A stretch of DNA of 64,000 nt from a virus. A program made the translations under genes and the position numbers. The stretch spans positions 17,293-81,292 of the IMG/VR virus record IMGVR_UViG_3300045918_000320. The stretch is one strand, 5' to 3'. The notes beneath the pieces are model-generated. The model was given only the letters and a program-made list of their open reading frames with translations. It searched no databases and was not told the origin of the DNA. Shown one piece after another: positions 27,643-37,557 of this stretch. Within the stretch, counting starts at the first letter, position 1. Each line of letters begins with the position of its first letter.

Positions 27643-28146
27643 ATGTTTTATACTTTTACAGCACTAGCAATATATTTTATTACAAAAATTATTTTAAGAG
27701 ATAGTAGAACTATAAATGTAAAAGTAGTTAGATCTTTAAATGCTCAAGTATTTTCTAATCCTCCTAGACCTAGAAATAATTCTTTAGAGAATGTTGGGAT
27801 AGACTTATATGTAGACCGAGTAGAGGATTGCGGATCTTATTTTAGAGTATATACTGGAGTATGCGTACAGCCGCCAAAAGGATATTATTTTGACGCAGTA
27901 CCTAGATCTAGTATTTATAAAAAAGGCTTGATATTGTATAATTCTTGTGGTATAATAGATCAGTCGTATACAGGAGAGATACAAGCAATGTTTTTTAAAA
28001 CTCCTAATTGCGAAGCTCCGGTAGTTGGAGAAAGATTAATACAACTAATACCTAGAGAAAATTTATTAGTTGAGTTTGAAGAAGTATCGGAATTAGAAGT
28101 TAGCGAGCGTGGGAATAAAGGTTTTGGAGAAAATAGTGGACGATAA
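27643..28146 (+). CDS. dut: trimeric dUTPase
   Basis: GIDLY, PRSS, GIIDQSYTGEI, QLI, RGNKGFG. Confidence 0.85.
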   Translation: MFYTFTALAIYFITKIILRDSRTINVKVVRSLNAQVFSNPPRPRNNSLENVGIDLYVDRVEDCGSYFRVYTGVCVQPPKGYYFDAVPRSSIYKKGLILYNSCGIIDQSYTGEIQAMFFKTPNCEAPVVGERLIQLIPRENLLVEFEEVSELEVSERGNKGFGENSGR

Positions 28147-28615
28147 TCATAAAAAGATTATGAGATTCATGAAATCTAGTTGGACTAATATGAACATTAG
28201 ATGTGGAAAGTATAAACATCTACAAACTAAAAGTAAGTCTAAATCTTATATGGGATTAGAAGTTTTATTTTCTAGAAAAGAATATAAAGATTTTTGTTTT
28301 AGCCACAAAGAGGAGATTCTAAATTTAGAAAAGCCTAGTGTGGATAGAATAGATTCTTCTAAGTCATACTCCCTAGATAATATAAGATTTATAGAATTGT
28401 CCGAGAATATACGGATTAAAAAATATGGTAATCAATATCATGGCGGTCAATTAAGTAACACTAAACGAGGAATAAAGTCTGTAGGAAAAAAATTTGCAGC
28501 CAGAATTACTCATAGATCTAAAGAAAAACATTTAGGAGTTTTTGAGACACAAGAAGAGGCTTACGAAGCATATAAGAAAGAGTATATAAATATCTATGGA
28601 AAGGAACCATTTTAA
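28109..28615 (+). CDS. HNH-AP2 homing endonuclease-like
   Basis: SVDRIDSSKSYSLDNIRFI..EN; C-terminal AP2-like ARI..HLGVFETQEEA. Confidence 0.75.
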   Translation: MGIKVLEKIVDDNHKKIMRFMKSSWTNMNIRCGKYKHLQTKSKSKSYMGLEVLFSRKEYKDFCFSHKEEILNLEKPSVDRIDSSKSYSLDNIRFIELSENIRIKKYGNQYHGGQLSNTKRGIKSVGKKFAARITHRSKEKHLGVFETQEEAYEAYKKEYINIYGKEPF

Positions 28616-29119
28616 AATGAACGAAAAACAAATATTAGAATCTCTGCAGGAAGCAGATAGAGCGTTAAATTTAGCAGTAGTTCGGATAAAGGAATTAGAA
28701 GATCTACTTGCTTTTTATGCTAATCCCCAAACTTGGGAAAGAAATAGTTTTAAGCTAGCCACAGCTATACCTCAAGATACGGATAGCTTAGTAGGATATG
28801 ATGCTCAGAATAAAACACATTACAATTTTGGCGGAGCCAAAGCAAGGAGTTATTTTTATGGTAAAAATTAAAACACTACTAGTATTAGGCTTATTAAGTT
28901 TTAACGCTATATCTGTTGAAATTCCAAAATTTCAATATGGAGATAAAGTAAGAATAAAAAAGTCTGTAACATCTTCTGAGATAGAATTTTATAATCTTCA
29001 TAAAAAAATTGCAACAATTAGAACTTATACTGAGGGAGTATGTATGGCATATTCTATAACCTATAAAGAATACTATATACCTAACGCTACTATCTGTGAA
29101 AAGGATTTGGAGTTAATTA

Positions 29120-29515
29120 ATGGAAAAAAATAGTAGACTACAATTCTGGCATGAAAGAAAATGGCATTGTGATTATTATTTTGATGGATCTGAACATACT
29201 ACAATATTTGCTAAAGGTGGAATTACTTTAGCCGTTCTTGTACCCACTCTAGCTGAGATTGAGGCTATGGAAATAAGTGGAGAGTACGGACTACAACTAG
29301 GTATTGCCAAGTGTCATGAGGATGATAATTTTAATAAAAGAATTGGTAGAGTAGTTTCTACTGGAAGAATGGCAGAAGTAAAAGCGAAGGTACTAGAAAA
29401 ATTTATTTTACATGATCAAATCTACATTACACTTAGAGTACATAATATTGATATACAAATTTATAAAAGATTTGACAAAGAAATAGCTAGAATCGATTGC
29501 GTGGAGATTGTATAA
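29120..29515 (+). CDS. conserved phage hypothetical protein
   Basis: KGGIT..GIAKCHEDDNFNKRIGR motif. Confidence 0.5.
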   Translation: MEKNSRLQFWHERKWHCDYYFDGSEHTTIFAKGGITLAVLVPTLAEIEAMEISGEYGLQLGIAKCHEDDNFNKRIGRVVSTGRMAEVKAKVLEKFILHDQIYITLRVHNIDIQIYKRFDKEIARIDCVEIV

Positions 29516-29776
29516 TGATTGGAATATGTTTATTTAGTATGTCTGTATATATTTTCCTATTAGGATTTGTGGTGTTAAAATGAGAGTATTAATTGATACA
29601 AAAACTGATACTACTTTTATACTTGAGTATGATCATATTACTTATATGGCTACACTTACCGATAAAAAAGGTAATGAGTTAAAGTATAGTTATATACAAG
29701 AACTACCAATAGATTTACACGTATTTCTTGTATTTTTACATAATGAGTTTATAATATTAGACTAGACGAGAGACTG

Positions 29777-30094
29777 TCACTCTTCTTTAACTTTATTTGT
29801 ATCTCTACGACAGCTCTCGCACTTCCTATGCGAACCTCGCTTTAGAGTAATCATATTCGAACAGCCATCAGCGATACATTGTACCTCCTGTCCAATCGGC
29901 TTGTGACCAAGCTTTAAACGTCTACCAGCATCATACTCGGCCTTATGCTTTAGAGCACAGTCAGGACATCTCCTGCCTGACCATCTCCGGCCTTTATCAT
30001 CCAAATATATTATGTTAGTACCTTGCTGCCCTATCAGGGATCTAGTATGCCATTCCCGGCAAAAGGGACAAACAACTCCATCTAGATTATTCAT
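29777..30094 (-). CDS. zinc-finger protein with late-promoter motif
   Basis: four Cys pairs; GGAGG SD; TTAACAACTA at 30110-30119. Confidence 0.65.
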   Translation of the reverse strand: MNNLDGVVCPFCREWHTRSLIGQQGTNIIYLDDKGRRWSGRRCPDCALKHKAEYDAGRRLKLGHKPIGQEVQCIADGCSNMITLKRGSHRKCESCRRDTNKVKEE

Positions 30095-30109
30095 AGTAGC
30101 CTCCAGTAA

Positions 30110-30201
30110 TAGTTGTTAAGCTTACATAATATTGAACCTATAGTTTCGGCTAACCACTTATGCTGCATAGTGTACATAATATAATACTCGTTTAACAACT
30201 A
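30110..30201. promoter_or_regulatory. divergent pair of late-promoter motifs
   Basis: minus copy 30110-30119, plus copy 30192-30201. Confidence 0.65.
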
Positions 30202-30748
30202 CCTGTGGAATATGAATAATATTCTAGTACCCTTCTCTTAGGAACGTGAAATAGAGCTAACCACTCAGGGACGGTCGGGACACAGGCTACCTAGCCCATA
30301 AAACGATTACTGGAATGTCGAAGGTCAGAAGACACCAGCGTAAGGCCTAGCAGAAGAATCTTATTTACCAGAACAACTTCAGATGAAACATAAACTAGTA
30401 ACCCTGAAGTAGATAATCAAGTAACTTTTACAGGGACTAGAGATCTACTTACCCAAATATGACACACTACATAATATTGAATACATAACTCACTATAGCC
30501 TTTATAGGCTGACTACCCTAAAACATAACTCATACTATAGCCCCAAAGCCTAAAATAGCTGTATTAAGCTCTAATAGAGGCTTAGGACATGATACAAGAA
30601 TGCTAAATGAATAATAGACATTACATATTAGATAGTTATGAGAGTGCATAATATATAGATAAGTGTGTGTAGACATAGATATATATATTTTTATTCAGTT
30701 ATAGAGTTACCTACCCCCCTACCCTGCCAACAATATCTGTCACTTGAC

Positions 30749-30826
30749 TTGGCATGACACTTGCATTGCAATCGATAAGCCAAATAAGAAGTGGCATGCT
30801 AATTGTATAAGCAATATTGATGCCAA
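30749..30826. promoter_or_regulatory. four sigma54 (-24/-12)-like boxes in two inverted pairs
   Basis: TTGGCATGACACTTGCA(+), TTGGCTTATCGATTGCA(-), GTGGCATGCTAATTGTA(+), TTGGCATCAATATTGCT(-). Confidence 0.65.
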
Positions 30827-31271
30827 GAATATGTAATCTCTACCCGATAACTACTATTATAAGGTATAGAATATAGGTGCAATATAATTGCAAGTTGCAA
30901 TATGTAAAGTAAACTATACATTATTCGACAAGATTTTAGGGTAAAAAATTAAAGATATTCAAATATAAAGCATATTATATAAACGTAAGATTATATTATT
31001 CAAACACTTGTTTTATTTTAACCTACATATATTTAACACTGTAATGTTAATATATTCAATATATTGCTAATTTACCATAAATCAACACTATAATGTTAAT
31101 CCTACAATATTGAACTATCTATATTAGAAGCTATCAACTTACTTTCAATCAATACAACTACTTTATATTATTCGAATGGTGAAATTATTTTAGAATAATA
31201 ATAGTTTCTAGTTGCTATTTAATGCATCATGTTATATACTAGTATTAAGAAAACAAACGAAAGAGGTATAT

Positions 31272-31466
31272 ATGAATAATTATGAAACAATACTTACCTT
31301 TGAAGAACCTACACTTACTATAATTATTTTAGCCGATGGAAATAATGGCTTTAAATATTACTTAGAATCTTTAGATGGTTACCCTTTAACTAACGTCTAT
31401 AGCTCTGAAAAAAGAGATTTAATAAGTACTATTGAACAGGCTAAGGCATTATCTAAACAATATTAA
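31272..31466 (+). CDS. first early gene, hypothetical
   Basis: GAGG SD; TTGCTA..TATACT promoter near 31212. Confidence 0.55.
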   Translation: MNNYETILTFEEPTLTIIILADGNNGFKYYLESLDGYPLTNVYSSEKRDLISTIEQAKALSKQY

Positions 31467-31701
31467 AAGGGGCATAAAATGCAATTAAAATATAAAAGAG
31501 TATCAAGTTATATTATCGAGACTATTTACGATGATACTACAATTAGAATAGGAAAGGACTATGGCAGTCATGGCAGATGTAAACCATTTTACTATGTAGA
31601 GTCAGATAATAAAGTTATAATGCATGGCTTTACTACTCAAAAAGAAGCAAAGAAGTATGTTTTAACTCAAATAGGGATAGACTTTAAAAAGGCGGTATAA
31701 T

Positions 31702-31968
31702 ATGAAATATGACACTTGGAAACTAGATAACAATGAAAAATCAACTACTTGCGATTGTTGTGAATGTAAAATTGATAGTAATGATGGAATATTAGCCAAA
31801 GGATATAAAAACAATGATTTAGAACTAATCTGCGAAAAATGTAGTGAAGATTTATTTATATGTGATAGATGTAATTATGCTTGTACTGAAAATGAATGTA
31901 GCTATGGACAAGATTTATGCGATGACTGTTGTGATTTAATAGCGGAAAGATATTCCGACAATGATTAA
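31702..31968 (+). CDS. Cys-rich zinc-binding early protein
   Basis: multiple CxxC; starts YDTWKL. Confidence 0.55.
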   Translation: MKYDTWKLDNNEKSTTCDCCECKIDSNDGILAKGYKNNDLELICEKCSEDLFICDRCNYACTENECSYGQDLCDDCCDLIAERYSDND

Positions 31969-32285
31969 AAGGGGGATTTATGGGCTATGTAGCTTTAGAC
32001 AAAATCTATTTAACTAAAAAAGGTAACTTAAGAGCTAAAATATTAATTGAAACTAAAGATAATACGGACAGTCATATTTTAAAGATAACTAATAAAACTA
32101 ATAGCTTTATTTCAGGCAATGGCTATGCTTTTTTTGTAACTTTAATCGATATAGAAAAACAAATTATTAAAATTACTATACAAAATAAAAGCTATAATGC
32201 TATAAAATTAAATCATTTTATTAATGTAGGGGGCAAAATTACAATTGATACTTTAATAAATGAAACTAATATATAAAAATAATGT

Positions 32286-32314
32286 TTGACACAATGAATT
32301 AAAAATGCTATTAT
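32286..32314 (+). promoter_or_regulatory. early sigma70 promoter, repeat 1
   Basis: TTGACACAATGAATTAA..TATTAT. Confidence 0.75.
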
Positions 32315-32346
32315 TAATTATTGAAACAAAAACAAAGGGGAATTAT

Positions 32347-33201
32347 ATGACAAGTTTAAATTTAATTCATTCACCGGCTGACTATTTAACTACAAAATAC
32401 CATACTTTAAATACTTTAGATTTAACTTCTCAATTTAACAGAGTGGGCTTTAATATTGCTAATGAAGGAAAATCAACTTTAAGAATTCCGGTTAATCCTG
32501 AATTAACTAGACTATTTAATACTTATACTCAAGAAAAACAATTAGAGCTAATTAATCAATATAATACTAAAATGACAAGATACAATCAGAGATTAGGACA
32601 TGAAAAGCATTTTATTAGATTTCAATCGAATGAATTAAAAAGTACTCGAAAAGATCATGATTTATACTTAAGAGTATCAAATTCGTATGACGGCACAAGT
32701 TCTTTAAAAGTAAGTTTAGACATTTTAAGACTAGTTTGCTTAAATGGAATGGTAGCCCCAAGAAATATTTTCGAATTTTCAGTATCTCATCGCTCTAAAA
32801 ATATTTATAATGATGCAATTGAGGCAAGTTATAAAATATTAGCTAAAAAAGAAATTATTGACAATCAAATTGAGGCAATGACTTCTAAAGTATTAAATAC
32901 TGATGAGAAATTGCAACTAGTTGATAATATGCTAAAGTTTAGATTTGATGATAGGGAAATAATTATGGCAGAATCTCAAAAATTAAATTTATTAAGACCG
33001 GTAAGACAAGCGGAAATGAATGATAATTTATATCAAAATTTCAATACAATACAAGAAAAACTAACTAAAGGGGCTAGAATTGCTTTATTAGACGAGAATG
33101 GCAATCCTTTTCATAGTACTGTAAGAGCGGTAAGATCTCAAGTTACTGCAGATAATTTTAATGATCAAGCTTGGCAGTTTGCTACTAGTTTAGTTGGATA
33201 A
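32347..33201 (+). CDS. DUF932/DUF945-family protein
   Basis: NSYDGTSS..LRLVCLNGMV; start corrected to the ATG after GGGG SD. Confidence 0.75.
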   Translation: MTSLNLIHSPADYLTTKYHTLNTLDLTSQFNRVGFNIANEGKSTLRIPVNPELTRLFNTYTQEKQLELINQYNTKMTRYNQRLGHEKHFIRFQSNELKSTRKDHDLYLRVSNSYDGTSSLKVSLDILRLVCLNGMVAPRNIFEFSVSHRSKNIYNDAIEASYKILAKKEIIDNQIEAMTSKVLNTDEKLQLVDNMLKFRFDDREIIMAESQKLNLLRPVRQAEMNDNLYQNFNTIQEKLTKGARIALLDENGNPFHSTVRAVRSQVTADNFNDQAWQFATSLVG

Positions 33202-33205
33202 TATT

Positions 33206-33232
33206 AAGAGGGAATTTAATTCCCTCTTTTTT
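33206..33232 (+). terminator. intrinsic terminator
   Basis: AAGAGGGAATT/AATTCCCTCTT plus T-run. Confidence 0.75.
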
Positions 33233-33242
33233 CAAATAAATA

Positions 33243-33271
33243 TTGACACAATGAATTAATTTTGATAAACT
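33243..33271 (+). promoter_or_regulatory. early sigma70 promoter, repeat 2
   Basis: TTGACACAATGAATTAA..TAAACT. Confidence 0.75.
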
Positions 33272-33301
33272 AATTAAGAGAACCAAACAAGAGGGGATAA
33301 A

Positions 33302-33919
33302 ATGAAATTAAAACTTTTAACTAGTAATTCAAAATTAAAAAAAGATTCAATTTTTAACTTTGATATTCCGGCATATAAATCTAGTACCGGATTAATCACT
33401 TGCCCACACGCTAAAGACTGTATTTCTAATTGCTATGCTCGACAAGGTACTTATATTTTTAGCAATGTAAAAGCTAAACATGAAAAAAACTTACAGGCTA
33501 CTTTAGAAAATGATTTTTGCGAAAACATGATAATAGATGTTATTGAATCTAAAGCTAATATAATTAGAATTCATTCAGCCGGTGACTTTTATAATAAAGA
33601 ATATATTTCTAAATGGTTAAAAATTATTGACGCTTTGCCTCATGTAACTTTTTATGCATATACTAAAAGTTTTAAAATGTTTGATGGTATTGAATTGCCT
33701 AAAAATTTTAAAATTATTCAATCTCAAGGGGGGATTTATGAGATTGACGAAAATAAAGCTCATTCTAAAGTTTTTGAAAATGAATCTGATATACCTAAAA
33801 ATTATTCTAAAGCTATAGAATCGGATTTAAATGCGGTATATAATGATAAAATAGCTTTAGTTTACCATGGCAGTAAAAAACATAATGGCAATAGTTTTAT
33901 TAATAAAAAAATAGCTTAG
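33302..33919 (+). CDS. GP88-family (radical-SAM-like CxxxxxCxxxC) protein
   Basis: NSKLKK, TCPHAKDCISNCYA, RIHSAGDFY, FYAYTK. Confidence 0.75.
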   Translation: MKLKLLTSNSKLKKDSIFNFDIPAYKSSTGLITCPHAKDCISNCYARQGTYIFSNVKAKHEKNLQATLENDFCENMIIDVIESKANIIRIHSAGDFYNKEYISKWLKIIDALPHVTFYAYTKSFKMFDGIELPKNFKIIQSQGGIYEIDENKAHSKVFENESDIPKNYSKAIESDLNAVYNDKIALVYHGSKKHNGNSFINKKIA

Positions 33920-33922
33920 TAC

Positions 33923-33951
33923 TTGACACAATGAATTAAAAATGTAATAAT
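33923..33951 (+). promoter_or_regulatory. early sigma70 promoter, repeat 3
   Basis: TTGACACAATGAATTAA..AATAAT. Confidence 0.7.
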
Positions 33952-33968
33952 AAATAAAAGGAGGATTT

Positions 33969-34229
33969 ATGGAATTAAGATCGAAACAAATTAGACAATT
34001 AGTAGGTAACAAATTTTTTACGGTAGAATTTATTAAAAAAGACGGTACTATTCGAGTAATGAATTGTAGATTGAACGTAAAAAAACATTTGAAAGGGGGA
34101 GAATTAAAACATAATCCCGAAGCTTTAAATCATTTAATTGTTTTTGATGTAGTAGCTAAAGAATATCGAACTATTAATTTAAATACACTTTTAAGAGTAA
34201 AATTTAATGGAATTGAACTATCATTTTAA
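33969..34229 (+). CDS. SH3-barrel (WYL-like) phage protein
   Basis: FFTVEFIKKDGTIRVM..VFDV..YRTIN. Confidence 0.65.
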   Translation: MELRSKQIRQLVGNKFFTVEFIKKDGTIRVMNCRLNVKKHLKGGELKHNPEALNHLIVFDVVAKEYRTINLNTLLRVKFNGIELSF

Positions 34230-34244
34230 TACAAGGGGGATTTT

Positions 34245-34799
34245 ATGGGAACACGACACTTAATAATGGTACAATTAGATAATGAATATAAAGTAACTCA
34301 ATACGGTCAATGGGATGGCTATCCTACCGGTACGGGCAAAGATATAGTAGAGATACTAAAAAAGATTGACTTAAACCGGTTTAAAGCTCAATTGAGAGAC
34401 TTTACTTTGTTAGTACCTGAGGACATGGCATTCAATTCAGACATTGAAAATATGCTAGGTAATGACTTTAGTTCAAATTATCCTGAATTGTCGAGAAATA
34501 CAGGGGCTAAAATACTTGAATTAATTTATAATACTAATACAGGGTTAATTTTAGCCGATAATTTAGATTTTGGGAATGATTCGCTGTATTGTGAATGGGC
34601 GTATTGTATAAATCTAGATAAAAATACTTTAGAAATTTATCAGGGATTTAATAAAGATAGCTCTAAAGTAAATTATAGATTTGATAAAAATGCTAAAATT
34701 AGTATGGACTATTCAGCCGTAAAGTTTATAGGGGAATATCCTTTAGAAATGATTAGTGAGTCTTTAATGGAAAGATTAGAAAAAACTTTAGGAGAATAA
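34245..34799 (+). CDS. conserved phage hypothetical protein
   Basis: MGTR..YGQWDGYP..CEWAY motif. Confidence 0.6.
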   Translation: MGTRHLIMVQLDNEYKVTQYGQWDGYPTGTGKDIVEILKKIDLNRFKAQLRDFTLLVPEDMAFNSDIENMLGNDFSSNYPELSRNTGAKILELIYNTNTGLILADNLDFGNDSLYCEWAYCINLDKNTLEIYQGFNKDSSKVNYRFDKNAKISMDYSAVKFIGEYPLEMISESLMERLEKTLGE

Positions 34800-34800
34800 T

Positions 34801-34977
34801 ATGAGTACATTTACTTTTAAGCAATTAAAATTTACATCTAAAATTAAAGCCTGTAAAGATTATATAACAGGGCAAGGGCTAAAGGTTAGTGATTTAAGAT
34901 TAGATGAAACTTATACTATTTTATGGCAAAATGATAATTTCCAATATGCTCATTCTGGAAAATATATAGGAGAATAA
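34801..34977 (+). CDS. 58-aa hypothetical protein flanked by a 16-bp direct repeat
   Basis: TAGGAGAATAATATGA at 34789 and 34967. Confidence 0.55.
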   Translation: MSTFTFKQLKFTSKIKACKDYITGQGLKVSDLRLDETYTILWQNDNFQYAHSGKYIGE

Positions 34978-35391
34978 TATGAAAGTACTATTTAAAAGAT
35001 CGGAGAAGGCAGCTAATAGTTTTAAAATTGAAAGACAATGTTATAACATAAATGAAACTTTTACTAAATATGACAAGTTAACTAGTTTAGATTTAGTAAC
35101 TAAAATAGAAGGTAAGGAATATAGATTTGAATTAAATAGAAATGAGATTTTAGATTTAATTAAACGTCTAAATGATTCTTTAAATGGAGGCTATTAAAAT
35201 GAAACAATTTTTATTTATAACTACAATATTTTTAAGTTTTTGTTTAGGAATGTACTCAATAATTGAAATGGTTCAAATTAAAACAATCCTAAAGCATTAT
35301 CCTAAAGCTAAAATTTCAATGGCAATAGGCATTAAAATAGATAAACCTAAAGGATGTAACAACACTTTTAAATGTAGAGTAGGATAATTTT

Positions 35392-35877
35392 ATGAGAATA
35401 ATAATATTAAGTTTATTTCTAATTGGATGCGGTAAACCTAAAATATTAAGTATTGAACCTAAAATGCAATACTTGATAAATAATTTTGAACAAAAATCTA
35501 AAATACTAGGTAAACCTATCAAAATTGATAACTTGATATTAGAATTTAAAGATACTTATAACAATGAGTCAATTTTGGGACAGTGCGGTATTAAGAATAA
35601 TACTCCTAAAATAACTATTAAAAAGAGCTATTTTGAGGCATCTAATAAGGCATTAAAAGAAATTATAGTATTCCACGAGCTTGGACATTGTTTATTAAAT
35701 AGAGATCATTTAAGCGGATACGATTATGGAAATCATAGATTGTATAGTATAATGAATGCTTATGAGTTTAATGATGAAATGTATAAATTAAATTATGATT
35801 ATTACCTAAAGGAGCTTTTCGGAGTAATTAATTATACTGAAATTCCGACTAGGACAGATTTTATATTTGAAGATTAA
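35392..35877 (+). CDS. lipoprotein Zn-metallopeptidase
   Basis: lipobox LIGC; HELGHCLLNRDH; SIM Met-turn. Confidence 0.7.
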   Translation: MRIIILSLFLIGCGKPKILSIEPKMQYLINNFEQKSKILGKPIKIDNLILEFKDTYNNESILGQCGIKNNTPKITIKKSYFEASNKALKEIIVFHELGHCLLNRDHLSGYDYGNHRLYSIMNAYEFNDEMYKLNYDYYLKELFGVINYTEIPTRTDFIFED

Positions 35878-36171
35878 GATTTAAAACTAAAGGAAAAAAG
35901 GAGGATAAGAAAATGTTAACAGAAATTTTAAGTGGTATAGTCTTAGTAATATTAGCAGTAACCTTGCTTATAGTGGTACTGGCACTATTAGGCTTTGCCT
36001 TTACAGGATTGTTAATTGAAAATAGAAATGTTGTTAGTAAAGCTTTTGGAATATTTATGGGAATTTGGGGGAGCTTTTTAATTACTGGATTGTGCTTAAT
36101 AACTTTACACTGGACATCTATTCCTACAGAGGTTAAAGCTCAATGGAATGGATTTACTAAAGGAGTATAGA

Positions 36172-36390
36172 ATGAATACAGTAAAAAAATATGAAAACAG
36201 AAAACTTTATTTTGATGGAAAATATATAACATTATTAGATATTATTGCAATGTTAAAACGAGGTGAATCTGTTACAGTAGTTAGCCATAAAGACGGTTTA
36301 GACGTTACCAATAGCGTTTTAAAAGAAGCTTTATTATTTTTAAATATAAGTACAGACTCACTAATTGAAATGGTTAAAAAAGGCGAATAA
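36172..36390 (+). CDS. PhaR-like (PHB accumulation regulator) DNA-binding domain protein
   Basis: VKKYENRKLY..KYITL..V..KDGLDVT..L matches the PHB_acc_N pattern. Confidence 0.75.
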   Translation: MNTVKKYENRKLYFDGKYITLLDIIAMLKRGESVTVVSHKDGLDVTNSVLKEALLFLNISTDSLIEMVKKGE

Positions 36391-37146
36391 TATGCTTAAA
36401 ACAATAAGACATTTTGAAGATCAAATATTATTTATAATTATAGCCGGCAATTGTTTAGTATGGCTTTACAGTTTTACACTGGCTCAGTTGTTTAATTATT
36501 AAAACTCCCTAAAGGAGCTTTACAGTTAAACTTTTTTGTGATAGATTTATAAATAGGGAAATACCCTTGGAGGAAATATGAGTAAAATAATTTTAATTTT
36601 AGCAGCAATAAGCATTTTAGCAAGTTGCACCACTAACACAGTAAAAAAGAATATTATTCCTCGGCAAGGATCTAGCCGAAATTAATAATCAAATACCTAG
36701 GAGGTACGTATGTTTACAGGTATTACAAATGCAGAAATGAGAGAGTTTGAAGAATTTCTAGAATCAGAAGCAGCGGATGCTTTAATGGCAGATCCTGATG
36801 TAATAGCTTTTTTTAAAGCTTTACGAGATGAAGTAGTGGATAGCTATTATCCTCCATTGGTTTTGGAGGAAGATGTTGAAGAGGAATATCCGGAGGTGGC
36901 GTAATGAGTGCTAATGCAGCTTATTTAATCACTAAAGTATATTCTAACCTGAAACAAAGAGGAGAAGAAGAATTGGCAATGCCTTTAGAATTATTGTATA
37001 AAAGATACAATAAAGCTCACCAAAGAGATAAAGGAAAAATATTCCAAGATTTTCTTGACTATTGTAATGATTATGATATAAATATAAGAGAAGAACAAAT
37101 TTCAGAAAAGGAAGCGGCATAGCCGCTTCCCCTTGAGGGAGGATTT

Positions 37147-37557
37147 ATGAAATTAATTATACTTTTATTTTTTGTATCTCTGCTGCAAAGTTGTGCTAGC
37201 CATTTAACTAAAGAAGATAAGCAGGCTGTAGTCCGAGTACATACTAGATGTACTCTAGAATTTCTAGACATTTTAAAAACAAATGACCAAAGATTTACTG
37301 CTGAATATTGCCGGAGATTTTTAAGTAAGATAGCCGGTTCAGATCAACATGATGTACCTAAATTAGTATTTAATTATAAAGCTAAAATTAATGTAGCCAG
37401 AATATTAAAAACTGGAACTATAAAAGATATACAAGATTTACCTATTGAGTATGCAACAGAAACGGCTAAACAAATTGATGATACATTTAATGAAACTACA
37501 GAATTCTTTTACGAAAAAGAAATGGACAATAGAATAAATACTAAATTAGGAGTATAG
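37147..37557 (+). CDS. predicted lipoprotein
   Basis: signal peptide with LQSC lipobox. Confidence 0.55.
   Translation: MKLIILLFFVSLLQSCASHLTKEDKQAVVRVHTRCTLEFLDILKTNDQRFTAEYCRRFLSKIAGSDQHDVPKLVFNYKAKINVARILKTGTIKDIQDLPIEYATETAKQIDDTFNETTEFFYEKEMDNRINTKLGV

Noticed and set aside
30200-30460. tRNA, tmRNA or group I intron
   Set aside because: No cloverleaf, T-loop or P7 core recognisable by eye, and no interrupted gene; kept only as an unclassified ncRNA candidate.
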